A DNA stretch of 64,000 nucleotides from Thermodesulfobacteriota bacterium (lineage in GTDB: Bacteria > Desulfobacterota_D > UBA1144 > Nemesobacterales > UBA2774). The DNA lies in the NCBI GenBank assembly GCA_965223335.1, contig OZ244991.1, positions 2,432,001 through 2,496,000 of the forward strand, written 5' to 3'. Under the pieces are notes generated by a model that had not been told where the DNA came from, searched no databases, and saw only the letters and a list, made by a program, of their open reading frames with translations. Every line of letters begins with the position of its first letter. Position 1 is the first letter of the stretch. Positions 48,807-58,287 of this stretch are shown here, one piece after another. Position numbers and translations under genes: made by a program.

Positions 48807-49109
48807 TCAGCAAATTGTAGTGATTGGATCTCTCATTCCGAATCACTTCCGCCCTAGTTTTATTCCATCATCCACGCTTTAGTTTGTGAAATTAAGTATA
48901 TATTAAAAAACGCCCCGCGCTAGTGTTTGGAGAAAAAAAGGCGCCAATTACAACAATTCTATGGCAATTTATATACCATGTTCCATATATCAATGCAATA
49001 TATAATTAGTGATATACCTATCCTACGACATACGTATATGTATAGGTATAGGTGTTTATGGCAAGTACCTAAGAGATAGCTTTAGGTATGAACACGGCTG
49101 GGAATCACA

Positions 49110-49391
49110 CTACCCCGCTCCGTGCTCCTTGTAGACGGACTTGAGGATGCTTACACAGAGTGCCACGTGGGTAGAGAAGCGCTCGTCCCCCGGGGGCATG
49201 AGCGCAGCCTCGTTATGCACCTTGAGGAATGTAAAGTAATACTGGCTCGTAAGTCCCGCGAGCTCCTCTATCAGCCCAAGGGCATCGCGGCCCCAGCCCT
49301 TAAACTCTTCGCGGTCCCACTCGCCGTGTGTGTACCTCTTGGTCTCGTCCAAGAGTTTTGTATATCTAGCGTCTATCTGTTGGGTATCCAT
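49110..49391 (-). CDS. hypothetical protein
   Basis: GGAGG RBS before ATG; 93 aa helical. Confidence 0.65.
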   Translation of the reverse strand: MDTQQIDARYTKLLDETKRYTHGEWDREEFKGWGRDALGLIEELAGLTSQYYFTFLKVHNEAALMPPGDERFSTHVALCVSILKSVYKEHGAG

Positions 49392-49551
49392 GGGGCCTCC
49401 GGGCCAGAGTCGTTATAAGCCGCATTGTGCAGTAACTATAAGGATACCGCATCCCCCCGGTTTTTCCGCGGATTTAGTGCCGAGTCGACAAAGGTACGGG
49501 TATGTTATAGTTAGTTACATATATGATTTGGATACGGGAGGTATCTATACG

Positions 49552-49986
49552 ATGCAGCAACAACCAAGGTTAGTAATGTTGGTGTTTAGCTTAGTATTTT
49601 TTAGTGCCGGCCTGGCATGTGCGGACTACACCGCTCAAGAGCAACCCGAACAGGCGCGCAATATCGTCACACTCTCGGTAGAGGACGGCTACAAACTGAT
49701 TAATGATAATAAGGGCAACCCCGACTTTGTTATAATCGATGTACGCACTCCCGAGGAATACGCCGAGGCCCACATCGCAGATGCCGTAAATATCGACGTC
49801 AAATCCCCCGACTTTACTACCGAGGTCCAGAAGCTCGACAAAACCAAGACCTATGTGCTCTACTGCCGCTCGGGCAAACGTGCCGCACGTGCACTCGTGG
49901 CCATGGACGACCTAGAGTTTATGAACGTCTATAACATAAGCGGTATTATGCAGTGGCAGGAAAAGGGCTACCCCGTCACCAAGTAA
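49552..49986 (+). CDS. secreted rhodanese-like domain protein
   Basis: GGAGG RBS; signal peptide; IIDVRTPEEY...HI..A.NI; YCRSGKRA. Confidence 0.9.
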   Translation: MQQQPRLVMLVFSLVFFSAGLACADYTAQEQPEQARNIVTLSVEDGYKLINDNKGNPDFVIIDVRTPEEYAEAHIADAVNIDVKSPDFTTEVQKLDKTKTYVLYCRSGKRAARALVAMDDLEFMNVYNISGIMQWQEKGYPVTK

Positions 49987-50026
49987 CTCGGTTATAATTT
50001 TTTTATAGGTCAAGGAGGGTCGGATC

Positions 50027-50464
50027 ATGCTTAAAAACACTCACTATAAACTGGCGGCATTCGCTCTTGTGTTTTGCATGGGGCTACTTGTGGGGTGCGA
50101 CGATGACAATTCCATAGCCAAAGTGGGTGGGTGTCAGTTTAACCTGTTCGAATTTTTTAACGGCCCTAACCCCGGGGACCAGGTCTCGGAGTGGCAGTGC
50201 ACCATCATAGGTGAGCCCGGGTTCACATTTGCGCTGTTCGCAGACGAGACAGGCACAAGCACAGACATCGGCACATTCACATTCACACGCCCCGGCTGTA
50301 CAACACTAGATATATTCACAGCCGGTGAAGAGGCTTCATGGGAAAACCTGGACGGCTCTATACAAAAGATCGGGGGAGTACCGGTGTTCGGCAGTCTATC
50401 GTTTAACCAGGTCTCTGACGACTTCGGCGACTTTGTAACAAACTGCCAGTTAAACGTATTCTAA
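50027..50464 (+). CDS. hypothetical lipoprotein
   Basis: AAGGAGG RBS; lipobox LVGC. Confidence 0.75.
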   Translation: MLKNTHYKLAAFALVFCMGLLVGCDDDNSIAKVGGCQFNLFEFFNGPNPGDQVSEWQCTIIGEPGFTFALFADETGTSTDIGTFTFTRPGCTTLDIFTAGEEASWENLDGSIQKIGGVPVFGSLSFNQVSDDFGDFVTNCQLNVF

Positions 50465-50612
50465 TCCGAGACACACACTTGAAACTCTTTGCACGCGTGC
50501 CATAAACATTGAAATTTACAGCACAAATTGTATTATTCTATAACTCTTTATTTAGAAAGTGTGGCAATTAGATTATTGGACGGTGACAGGGTTTTGGTGA
50601 GGAGAATGGACG

Positions 50613-51461
50613 ATGCTTGAGGCCACAGCTTTTGTTTTAACACTATTTTTAGGGGTTGCGTTCCTAGGATTTTTGATTGGGTTAATCTACCCACCTGCCG
50701 GTATATTTTGGGCAGAACGCAAAACCCGCAAAGACGTAGTCCGCAACTACGTATTTGTTTTTTTACTGATACTCATACTACTCACACTCGTTGCCCCACA
50801 GCTAAATCTACAGAACCGCTCCATAGTGCTCGTTACTCTGGCAATTATGGCGCTTGCAATATCCATACTGTCTCCCTACTGCATTATGCCCTGGTCCGAC
50901 AACCCCACACTCAAGTCAGCACTTAAAATATGTGTGCCGGTGCTTTTGGCAATGGGTGCCTTTTTGCTCTATGCCAACCTAAAGAGCGACGTCGACCCGC
51001 GCTATGCGCTCAGCACCACAGAGCTTTCATTGGCACACAAAAAAGACATCATCAAATACACCGTGGCCAAAGAGATAAGCGGCAAAACCAACCTAAACCA
51101 AAACCGCATACGAGAGATTACAGTCGATTACGACCCCAATGGACGCTACCTGGTTAATGTAGAATTAAACTCCAACCACTATGTGCTCGCCCGTCTGATC
51201 AAAGACGCAGTGCTAAAAGACATGGCCCGTGTATACAAAACACTTTACACCGCCGGGTTCAACATACAGGAGGTCGAGGTAAGCTCGTACCTGCCCACAA
51301 AAATAGAGGAGGTTGAGTCCTCGTCTACAGTTGCCATGACCACCTCACTCGACCGCTACAACGCCGACCGGATCGAATGGAGCACCGGCGAAGACAAACT
51401 GGCCAAAGAAGTGCTCCCTGCCCGATGGACCCTGCATTCCATCCACTCAAAGCTTAAGTAG
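50613..51461 (+). CDS. hypothetical membrane protein (paralog 1)
   Basis: Four TM segments with repeated P...(P)W...(P)T(R) hairpin motif, then a soluble domain NRIREI...V..ELN. Confidence 0.75.
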   Translation: MLEATAFVLTLFLGVAFLGFLIGLIYPPAGIFWAERKTRKDVVRNYVFVFLLILILLTLVAPQLNLQNRSIVLVTLAIMALAISILSPYCIMPWSDNPTLKSALKICVPVLLAMGAFLLYANLKSDVDPRYALSTTELSLAHKKDIIKYTVAKEISGKTNLNQNRIREITVDYDPNGRYLVNVELNSNHYVLARLIKDAVLKDMARVYKTLYTAGFNIQEVEVSSYLPTKIEEVESSSTVAMTTSLDRYNADRIEWSTGEDKLAKEVLPARWTLHSIHSKLK

Positions 51462-51531
51462 AGATAGGCCGCTTACTCTCCCGAACCCCCTAAATTAGTA
51501 TCGCCACCCCCACTCAGATACAATACTACCT

Positions 51532-52386
51532 ATGCTCCTTAGCATTGCTTCCGTGCTCGCGTCGCTCATATACCTGCTGTTGTTCGGATTTGTAATCGGG
51601 CTACTCTACCCCCCGCTTATCATCCCCTGGTCCAAGACCCCCACACGCAAACGGGTGCTCGAGATATTTACATTTGCCTTTTTGGCGGTGTTTACATTGT
51701 TTATGGCCATCGCCCCCCAGATGAGCCCCCTTGCCAAGCTCACCGGGCTTACCACCTTGGCGTTTTTGGTTGTTGCACTTTGTATTTTTGCCCCCCGCGT
51801 GGTCACCCCATGGATGAAAGAACCCAACCGCCAGAGTGCGTTCCTGTTCTATCTGCCCGCAGTGCTGCTGTTGGTGTTGGCCCAGGGCTATCTGCATTAC
51901 ACCCGTCCCGTAGACTCGCGCTACGACATACCCAAGGCCGGGCTCGCCGGAGCTTCAGAGGACAGGCTTATTCAAAACGCTATCGCCAAAGAGCTCCGAG
52001 GTGTCACGGTGCTAAACAAAGAGCGGATACGCGAGATCGAGGTCCAAAAACAAAGAGGCGGCTATACGGTAAAGGTCGACTACAACCTGGACGACCCGGT
52101 TTTCAAGGACCGGTTCGAGAGCATAATCAGACAAGACTTGGCAAAAATCTTCGGTGCCGTATACACAGGTGAATTCGACGTAAAGGACGTAGAGGTAAAC
52201 GCCTATTTCCCCACGGGCGAGAAGTACATCGACCCCAAATACGAGCGTGTACGCACGGTGTCGCTTTCCGGGTCCACCGCAGAGGACATAGACTGGAAGA
52301 AGAGCTCCTATGAGCTCGAGACCAAGATACTCCCCGCTGTGTGGTCAGACGATTTCACCCACCCGAGTTTCCAAAATAAACAGTAA
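51532..52386 (+). CDS. hypothetical membrane protein (paralog 2)
   Basis: Collinear similarity to 50613-51461 (IGL.YPP, VD.RY, AKE, RIREI, LPA.W). Confidence 0.75.
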   Translation: MLLSIASVLASLIYLLLFGFVIGLLYPPLIIPWSKTPTRKRVLEIFTFAFLAVFTLFMAIAPQMSPLAKLTGLTTLAFLVVALCIFAPRVVTPWMKEPNRQSAFLFYLPAVLLLVLAQGYLHYTRPVDSRYDIPKAGLAGASEDRLIQNAIAKELRGVTVLNKERIREIEVQKQRGGYTVKVDYNLDDPVFKDRFESIIRQDLAKIFGAVYTGEFDVKDVEVNAYFPTGEKYIDPKYERVRTVSLSGSTAEDIDWKKSSYELETKILPAVWSDDFTHPSFQNKQ

Positions 52387-52538
52387 CTTGTGCCCTTTCC
52401 CGGGCTTATCCCCCCACTACCCGCCTGTTTGCAAATATCTCTGGTTTATATACAATATTTTAAATAATCAGGTATTGCACCAAATGAACTTGGTTGTGTT
52501 TTTCGTGGGCCAGACGCAAAAAGTGATCAACCAAGCTT

Positions 52539-53399
52539 ATGCAGATATTTACCGATAAGATAGAAGAGATAGAGTCGCCCTACTCCGGTATCCGGATAAA
52601 GGAGTACCACGTAGAAAAGCGCCGCCTCCAGCTCGAGCTCCTAAACATTCAGCAAAAGATAGTCAAAAAGGGCCAGCGCCTCTGCATCACGTTCGACGGG
52701 CGCGACGCTGCAGGCAAGGGCTCTACAATACTCAGATTCACACAAAACATGATGCCCAAGCACTACCGCATTGTGGAGCTCGGGATACCCACGCCAAAAG
52801 AGTCGAAATACTGGTTTAAGCGTTACGAAAACTACCTGCCCCGCCCGGGCGAGGTCGTGTTCTTTGACCGCTCGTGGTATAACCGCGCGCTCATCGAGCC
52901 CACCATGGGCTACTGCTCTAAAAAACAGTATAACTACTTCATGAAAAAGGTGTTGGACTGGGAACACAAGCTCATAGACAAGGGGCTTAAGCTCATAAAG
53001 TTCTATCTCTCGGTCGATAGCGAACAACAGTTGGTCAGGTTTCAAGAGCGCCTTTCCGACCCGCTTAAGTTCTGGAAGTTCTCCAAAAACGACTTCCACG
53101 CCCGCAAGAAATGGGAGACATTCACAAATTACAAGGAACAGATGTTTCGCCACACAGCCTCAAAAAAATCCCCCTGGGTCATGATCAAGGCCAACTCCAA
53201 GCTCGAATCCCGACTCACAAGCATGCTCTACACGGTACGAAAACTCGGCAATAAAAACTACATCCCGCTTACCGGCGAAGACGTATCCGAGCGCTACAGC
53301 ATCGAGGTAAACGGTGTAATGTTCAACGGACTAAACAAACTCCAGTACGAGACTCTAAGGGAAATCGAAGATGGCTCAGCAACAGGACTACACACTTAA
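52539..53399 (+). CDS. ppk2: polyphosphate kinase 2
   Basis: FDGRDAAGKG, FFDRSWYNRA..E..MGYC, RL.DPLK.WK.S, SPW..I.AN.K. Confidence 0.93.
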   Translation: MQIFTDKIEEIESPYSGIRIKEYHVEKRRLQLELLNIQQKIVKKGQRLCITFDGRDAAGKGSTILRFTQNMMPKHYRIVELGIPTPKESKYWFKRYENYLPRPGEVVFFDRSWYNRALIEPTMGYCSKKQYNYFMKKVLDWEHKLIDKGLKLIKFYLSVDSEQQLVRFQERLSDPLKFWKFSKNDFHARKKWETFTNYKEQMFRHTASKKSPWVMIKANSKLESRLTSMLYTVRKLGNKNYIPLTGEDVSERYSIEVNGVMFNGLNKLQYETLREIEDGSATGLHT

Positions 53400-53847
53400 A
53401 GACACTGTCGGCCTCCCGCTTATAATGTCGGCAGGCGGGCTTGTGGTAAACGACCAACGACAGGTGCTCTTTATATTCAAGCGCGGCAAATGGGACCTGG
53501 CCAAAGGGCGTGTCGAAAAGGGACAGAACCCGGTCGACACCGCTATAAGAGAGGTTGCGGAGGAAACGGGCATTACGGCCAATAAAATTGAGGTCGTTGG
53601 CAAACTCGTGCCCACATGGCACTCCACACGGCGAAAGGGCCGCAAATACCTTAAAAAAACCCACTGGTATCTAATGAAATACAGCGGCAACAACGACAAA
53701 CTTAGCCCCCAGTACTCAGAAGACATCATAGAATGCCGCTGGGTAAGCATCTCGGGCATAGACCCTCTTCGCCCTCGCATGCACTCGGCCATACAATATG
53801 TAGTGGATTTCTGGCTTACCAATCTGGCCTACGATAGAAGTGACTAG
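53371..53847 (+). CDS. NUDIX hydrolase
   Basis: SAGGLV; WDLAKGRVEKGQ....AIREVAEETG Nudix box. Confidence 0.9.
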   Translation: MAQQQDYTLKDTVGLPLIMSAGGLVVNDQRQVLFIFKRGKWDLAKGRVEKGQNPVDTAIREVAEETGITANKIEVVGKLVPTWHSTRRKGRKYLKKTHWYLMKYSGNNDKLSPQYSEDIIECRWVSISGIDPLRPRMHSAIQYVVDFWLTNLAYDRSD

Positions 53848-53855
53848 TACAAAAC

Positions 53856-54344
53856 TTATGAGACCCCAAGCGCACTGTTTAGAAACTCACGCAGCACCAG
53901 CATCTGCTCGCGTGCGAACTTCTGCCCGCTAAGCGCTATCACATACGCTCCTTTGATCATTATAATCGACACCGGTATAAGCCAAAGGCCCCACTTGCTT
54001 GTGCCCGCAAGCCACTGCGAGCCACCCAGCACCAACCCCGCTATCCCCACAAAAACCGCAAACACATAAAACGACATAAACAGCGTCCAGACCGACGGGG
54101 TGGGACCCAGCATGCATTTTACCAATGTGCCCCCCTCGGCCTCGGCCACCATCTCTGCGCTTAACTCGGGCGACCAAAAGTGCTGGTTGCTCTTTGGGAT
54201 CCCAATCACCGAGAACCGCCCCACAATCTTGCCCGTAATGTTAGCGTCACCGCTCTTTAGCTTTTCCCTTATCCTGCCAAGCGCCTCTTCGGGTGTGTAG
54301 TCCACTGTAAACTCGTATTTGGGCCTTATCTCGATCTTGTTCAT
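53856..54344 (-). CDS. hypothetical membrane protein
   Basis: IRP.., HFWSPEL, GP.PSVWTLFM..Y, two TM helices. Confidence 0.75.
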   Translation of the reverse strand: MNKIEIRPKYEFTVDYTPEEALGRIREKLKSGDANITGKIVGRFSVIGIPKSNQHFWSPELSAEMVAEAEGGTLVKCMLGPTPSVWTLFMSFYVFAVFVGIAGLVLGGSQWLAGTSKWGLWLIPVSIIMIKGAYVIALSGQKFAREQMLVLREFLNSALGVS

Positions 54345-54462
54345 AAAATCGATTATAAAATAATTGCTATACGATTGTCCATATTTTTTAGCCCCAAGCG
54401 CAAGAAAATCCCTTCACACTAAACACTCAAAAATGGTAAGATAACAACCTGACACCACCGAT

Positions 54463-55266
54463 ATGTACTCAAAACTTAAACGAAAGATATACGAGATCAT
54501 CGAGCCCGACGCGCACGACTACAAGATAAGTAACGCCTTCGATATGTTCATCATGGCGCTTATCGTGCTAAACGTCATAGTCATCATACTTGACACCGTA
54601 CAGAGCATCCCCGAGATCTATCACTATATATTCCGCATGTTCAATATCTTTTCGGTCATCGTGTTCACTATCGAGTACATACTTAGGATTTGGACGGCCA
54701 CCGAAAACCCTAAGTACAAAGAGCCCGTTCGAGGACGGCTAAGGTTCATGGAATCCCCTCTTGCAATTATAGACCTTGTAGCTATCCTGCCCTTTTACCT
54801 GCCGTTTGTAACCACTATAGACCTCAGGTTCCTCCGAGCGCTTAGACTGCTTAGGATTTTGAAGTTGACCCGATACTCCAAGTCGTTCAGCATAATGATG
54901 AGGGTGCTGCGTTTGCGCCGCGGCGAGATATTCGTTACGGCAATTATAGTTATTATTCTCTTGGTCATATCATCGAGCTTGATGTACTTTGTCGAGAACG
55001 ACGACCAGCCCGATGTGTTTAAGAGCATCCCCCATGCCATGTGGTGGTCGATTGCCACTCTAAGCACAGTGGGCTACGGCGATGTAAGCCCAGTGTCCCC
55101 CATGGGCAAGGTGCTGGGCGGTATTGTAGCGGTGCTGGGTGTGGCACTCTTTGCACTGCCCGCCGGTATAATAGGCTCGGGTTTTTTAGAGGAGATTCAA
55201 AAGGAAAAGAGAGAAGCCATCACCTGCCCCCACTGCGGCAAAACCATAGACCACAGCCATAACTAG
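54463..55266 (+). CDS. voltage-gated-type potassium channel / ion transporter
   Basis: S4-like LRFLRALRLLRILKLTRY; filter TVGYGD; C-terminal CPHCG. Confidence 0.93.
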   Translation: MYSKLKRKIYEIIEPDAHDYKISNAFDMFIMALIVLNVIVIILDTVQSIPEIYHYIFRMFNIFSVIVFTIEYILRIWTATENPKYKEPVRGRLRFMESPLAIIDLVAILPFYLPFVTTIDLRFLRALRLLRILKLTRYSKSFSIMMRVLRLRRGEIFVTAIIVIILLVISSSLMYFVENDDQPDVFKSIPHAMWWSIATLSTVGYGDVSPVSPMGKVLGGIVAVLGVALFALPAGIIGSGFLEEIQKEKREAITCPHCGKTIDHSHN

Positions 55267-55554
55267 CAATATACACCAATTACCATAATTTACTTGTTAA
55301 CTCATAAAATAATACCCCACAGTCAAATTTACCCTGACTAACTACATTATATATATGTTGTTACCTATTATTATCATTAATAATTATAGTAGTTCCGACA
55401 TGAATCCCAAGAGCTGATCAAAGTTATTTATAGCAATTTAGTATCAACTCGCTAAAAATCGCCCCTTTTCAGTAATTATATATTGTGCTATATGTTTAAT
55501 ATATCGATAATTATGCAACTAGTTATATGCATAACGCTAACGAGTGTGTATGGA

Positions 55555-56532
55555 ATGCAGAGCATGTTAATTGACGGGCTTTTGAAACAAGAGTCCGCTA
55601 CTACCGCATCACAACTGGCACTGTGGCAGTCTTTCAATATATGGAAGGTTGCATTTAGACATATCAGAACAGCTCTAGTGGATGAACAAAGAGTAAATAG
55701 CCTGCTATCAAATGAAACACACAACCTATTAATTGATTATGGCGATATACCCGGGGCACTACAAGCCGATCTATTAATAAGTATAGCAAAACACCTTGGC
55801 ATTGAGTATCGCAACACAACCAATAAACAATCTTTAGACCAACTGGGCCAGAACATCGAGCTACACACCATCCAACTAGTGCAAAAGAGTTCAAAAGGAC
55901 AATTCAAAGGAAACTCGACACCCGAACTTATCAGATACAACCTGCAAACCATGTTCGATACAACAGCCGAGGGATTTAACAGCAAATCACCCGAGGAGCA
56001 AAAAGAGATCACCCGACAGATAATCACATTGATAAAGAGTATGCCGGACAACCAAAAAGAACTTGTCCTCTCTAAACTCAGAATAAACAAGTTAAGTCAT
56101 AACAGTATAGGTCGTATCATAGCAGCCGGCGGCCTGGGGACAGCCTTCGTAGCAGTGGTGGATGCCGCCGGTTTTTCTGCATACATATTTGCCGTAAAAG
56201 CGTTATCCGCCGTCTCGGGTGCAATTGGGCTTACACTCCCCTTCACCGCCTATACCGGACTCACCTCATTTATAGCGTTATTTGCAAACCCCATAATAGT
56301 CATCCCGGGTTCAATCTCGTTAGGCTACATACTTACCAAAAGAGGTAATAAGCTAATAAGAAACGCCTATCTGCCTACTCTAGTCTCACAGATAGCTGTT
56401 TACTCCACGCTTGATAGCACAGCAAATACAGATCCACGTGCAATTATTGGTGTAATTAGAGATCAGGAACCCGCGCACATCAACAATGCAAAAAAACAAG
56501 TTGTTACATATATCAGAAGCAAAGTGAGATGA
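55555..56532 (+). CDS. hypothetical membrane-associated protein (possibly YaaW-like)
   Basis: Long AT-rich ORF; hydrophobic small-residue C-terminal half (AAGFSAY...GLTLPFTAYTGLTS); start uncertain. Confidence 0.65.
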   Translation: MQSMLIDGLLKQESATTASQLALWQSFNIWKVAFRHIRTALVDEQRVNSLLSNETHNLLIDYGDIPGALQADLLISIAKHLGIEYRNTTNKQSLDQLGQNIELHTIQLVQKSSKGQFKGNSTPELIRYNLQTMFDTTAEGFNSKSPEEQKEITRQIITLIKSMPDNQKELVLSKLRINKLSHNSIGRIIAAGGLGTAFVAVVDAAGFSAYIFAVKALSAVSGAIGLTLPFTAYTGLTSFIALFANPIIVIPGSISLGYILTKRGNKLIRNAYLPTLVSQIAVYSTLDSTANTDPRAIIGVIRDQEPAHINNAKKQVVTYIRSKVR

Positions 56533-57848
56533 AAAACCAGAGTCTGTACGAACGCATTAGCGAGATTGCTGTATCGTGTCGAAATCCCCTTGAAATCCTC
56601 AACGCAGAGATCACACCTAGGTCACCACATGATAAATTAGCTTCCATCCTCCGGGGCCACGACCCTGCATACGACCTGGGCATTATCGGTCTTACCGTAG
56701 GGGACCTCATATACGACTATATGCGCCTTGATCCCCGCGTTGTAGAGGCTGCGGATTTTGCGCGCACAGAGGACCTGGGCGATATGTTCAAATTCTCGTC
56801 CTACGCCGACTCGCTCGGGGACTTGCCCCCCGGTTCATTCGACGGCCACGTATACAGCATCAAAGGCTACGTTGCCGAGCGGTTCACTGCCCAAGAGCTA
56901 CAGTCCCGCGGCATGGAGGTCGAGTTTCCCCAGGAGCCCAATCAGCCGGGCTACGACCTGTTGGTAAACGGCGAGCCGTTTCAGGTTAAATGCAGCACCG
57001 ACCCCGACACGGTGTACGAGCACTTCGATAGATACCCCGATATACCCGTGTTTGTAAACGAAGAGCTGGCAGAGAGCCTAGCAAACACAGACAACGTATA
57101 TACGGTAGAGGGTTTAAATAACTCCGAGGTCGAAGCAGCCACACGCGAGAGCATGGACGCAGGTGCGGACCTGCTTGATTACGAAGTGCCCCTTATCGCA
57201 GTGAGTGTTGCGCTGGGCAGAAACGCCGTCAGACTGGCCCGGGGCACCACAGACCTAAAACACGGGGCCCTAAACGCTGCATACGATATTGCCGGGGGTG
57301 TAGCGGGCGGCGAGGCAGGTGCCGCGGGCATGGCGCTTGTAGGGGGTGTGCTCGGCCCCTACGGGGTAATCACAGGCGGGATAATTGGTGCGGTCACAGG
57401 CACCATCTACGGCAGGCGAATACTCTCTGGTGCCAAGACCCTCATCCACACCCGAAGCCAAGAAAAAGAAGCCCACACCGCACTTAAGCAATACATTGAA
57501 GCAGCGTTATCCGCCGTGCCTAGGTCCAAAGAGGTCTTCGAGAACAAAACGACTGGGCTTTTGGATGCCCTTGGGGCCCATGGCCCCGAGGCAGACTATA
57601 TCAAGACCTACTCCGAGCTTAAGATCTGGCAAGAGAATTATTACCTAAACAAAACCACCGAGCTACTGGAAAAGTCAGGCGACGACCCCCTTGTACTCGA
57701 CTGCCAGACCCGCGACATCATAAAAGCAAGCATCGAGGCCATCTCGCTCTCGGCCCAAGCCAAGGTTCACCCGCATACAGTTAAGGACAGCTTTAACAAA
57801 CTCATTTCGTCACTAAACTCTCTTGAAGCTAAAAGGAAGAAATTGTAA
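56529..57848 (+). CDS. hypothetical protein with PD-(D/E)xK-like motif and glycine-zipper segment
   Basis: KGYVAE...QPGYDLLVNGEPFQVK; GxxxG-rich helices; ATGA overlap with the upstream gene. Confidence 0.75.
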   Translation: MKNQSLYERISEIAVSCRNPLEILNAEITPRSPHDKLASILRGHDPAYDLGIIGLTVGDLIYDYMRLDPRVVEAADFARTEDLGDMFKFSSYADSLGDLPPGSFDGHVYSIKGYVAERFTAQELQSRGMEVEFPQEPNQPGYDLLVNGEPFQVKCSTDPDTVYEHFDRYPDIPVFVNEELAESLANTDNVYTVEGLNNSEVEAATRESMDAGADLLDYEVPLIAVSVALGRNAVRLARGTTDLKHGALNAAYDIAGGVAGGEAGAAGMALVGGVLGPYGVITGGIIGAVTGTIYGRRILSGAKTLIHTRSQEKEAHTALKQYIEAALSAVPRSKEVFENKTTGLLDALGAHGPEADYIKTYSELKIWQENYYLNKTTELLEKSGDDPLVLDCQTRDIIKASIEAISLSAQAKVHPHTVKDSFNKLISSLNSLEAKRKKL

Positions 57849-57884
57849 AGATATGCAATAAATGTGGTAGTAGTATTTACATAT

Positions 57885-58234
57885 CTTTTGTCTTTTGCTT
57901 TTCCTTCATGGTGTCACAGACACCAGACCCGACATTCAACCCACTACCCCATTGATACCCTGTCGGTCGCTGAACAAACGCTCCCTTGCGGTCCCCATGG
58001 GCACTAAAGTCCCGGTACTATCTTTTGCCTGGGTCGCGAGACCCTGGTCCCCATATGTGCCTTCATATCTTTCATCTTTAGCCTTTCCCCTAATGGCGTC
58101 AAAGACACCAATCCGACATTACGGCAATGGCGTATAGAAAACCGGTACTATCTTTTGAAAGGGGCGTCCACGCCCCCCCGCGATCCCATTCATACCCTAT
58201 CGGTCGCAAAAGACCGCTCCCTTGCGGCCCCCAT
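57885..58234 (+). repeat. mosaic cluster of repeat modules (two 5' partial structured elements, two REP-like units, two GGGG..CCCC hairpins)
   Basis: tggtgtc/gacacca+cccgacatt (57909-57937); taccctgtcggtcgc..gctcccttgcggtccccat; cccggtactatcttttg..gggtc..gaccc; ccgacattacggcaatggcgtatagaaa (58113-58140). Confidence 0.8.
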
Positions 58235-58287
58235 ATACATTTATTCTCTAATTATGGAATTAGCGCAAAATTGTGTATATTTGGGAC

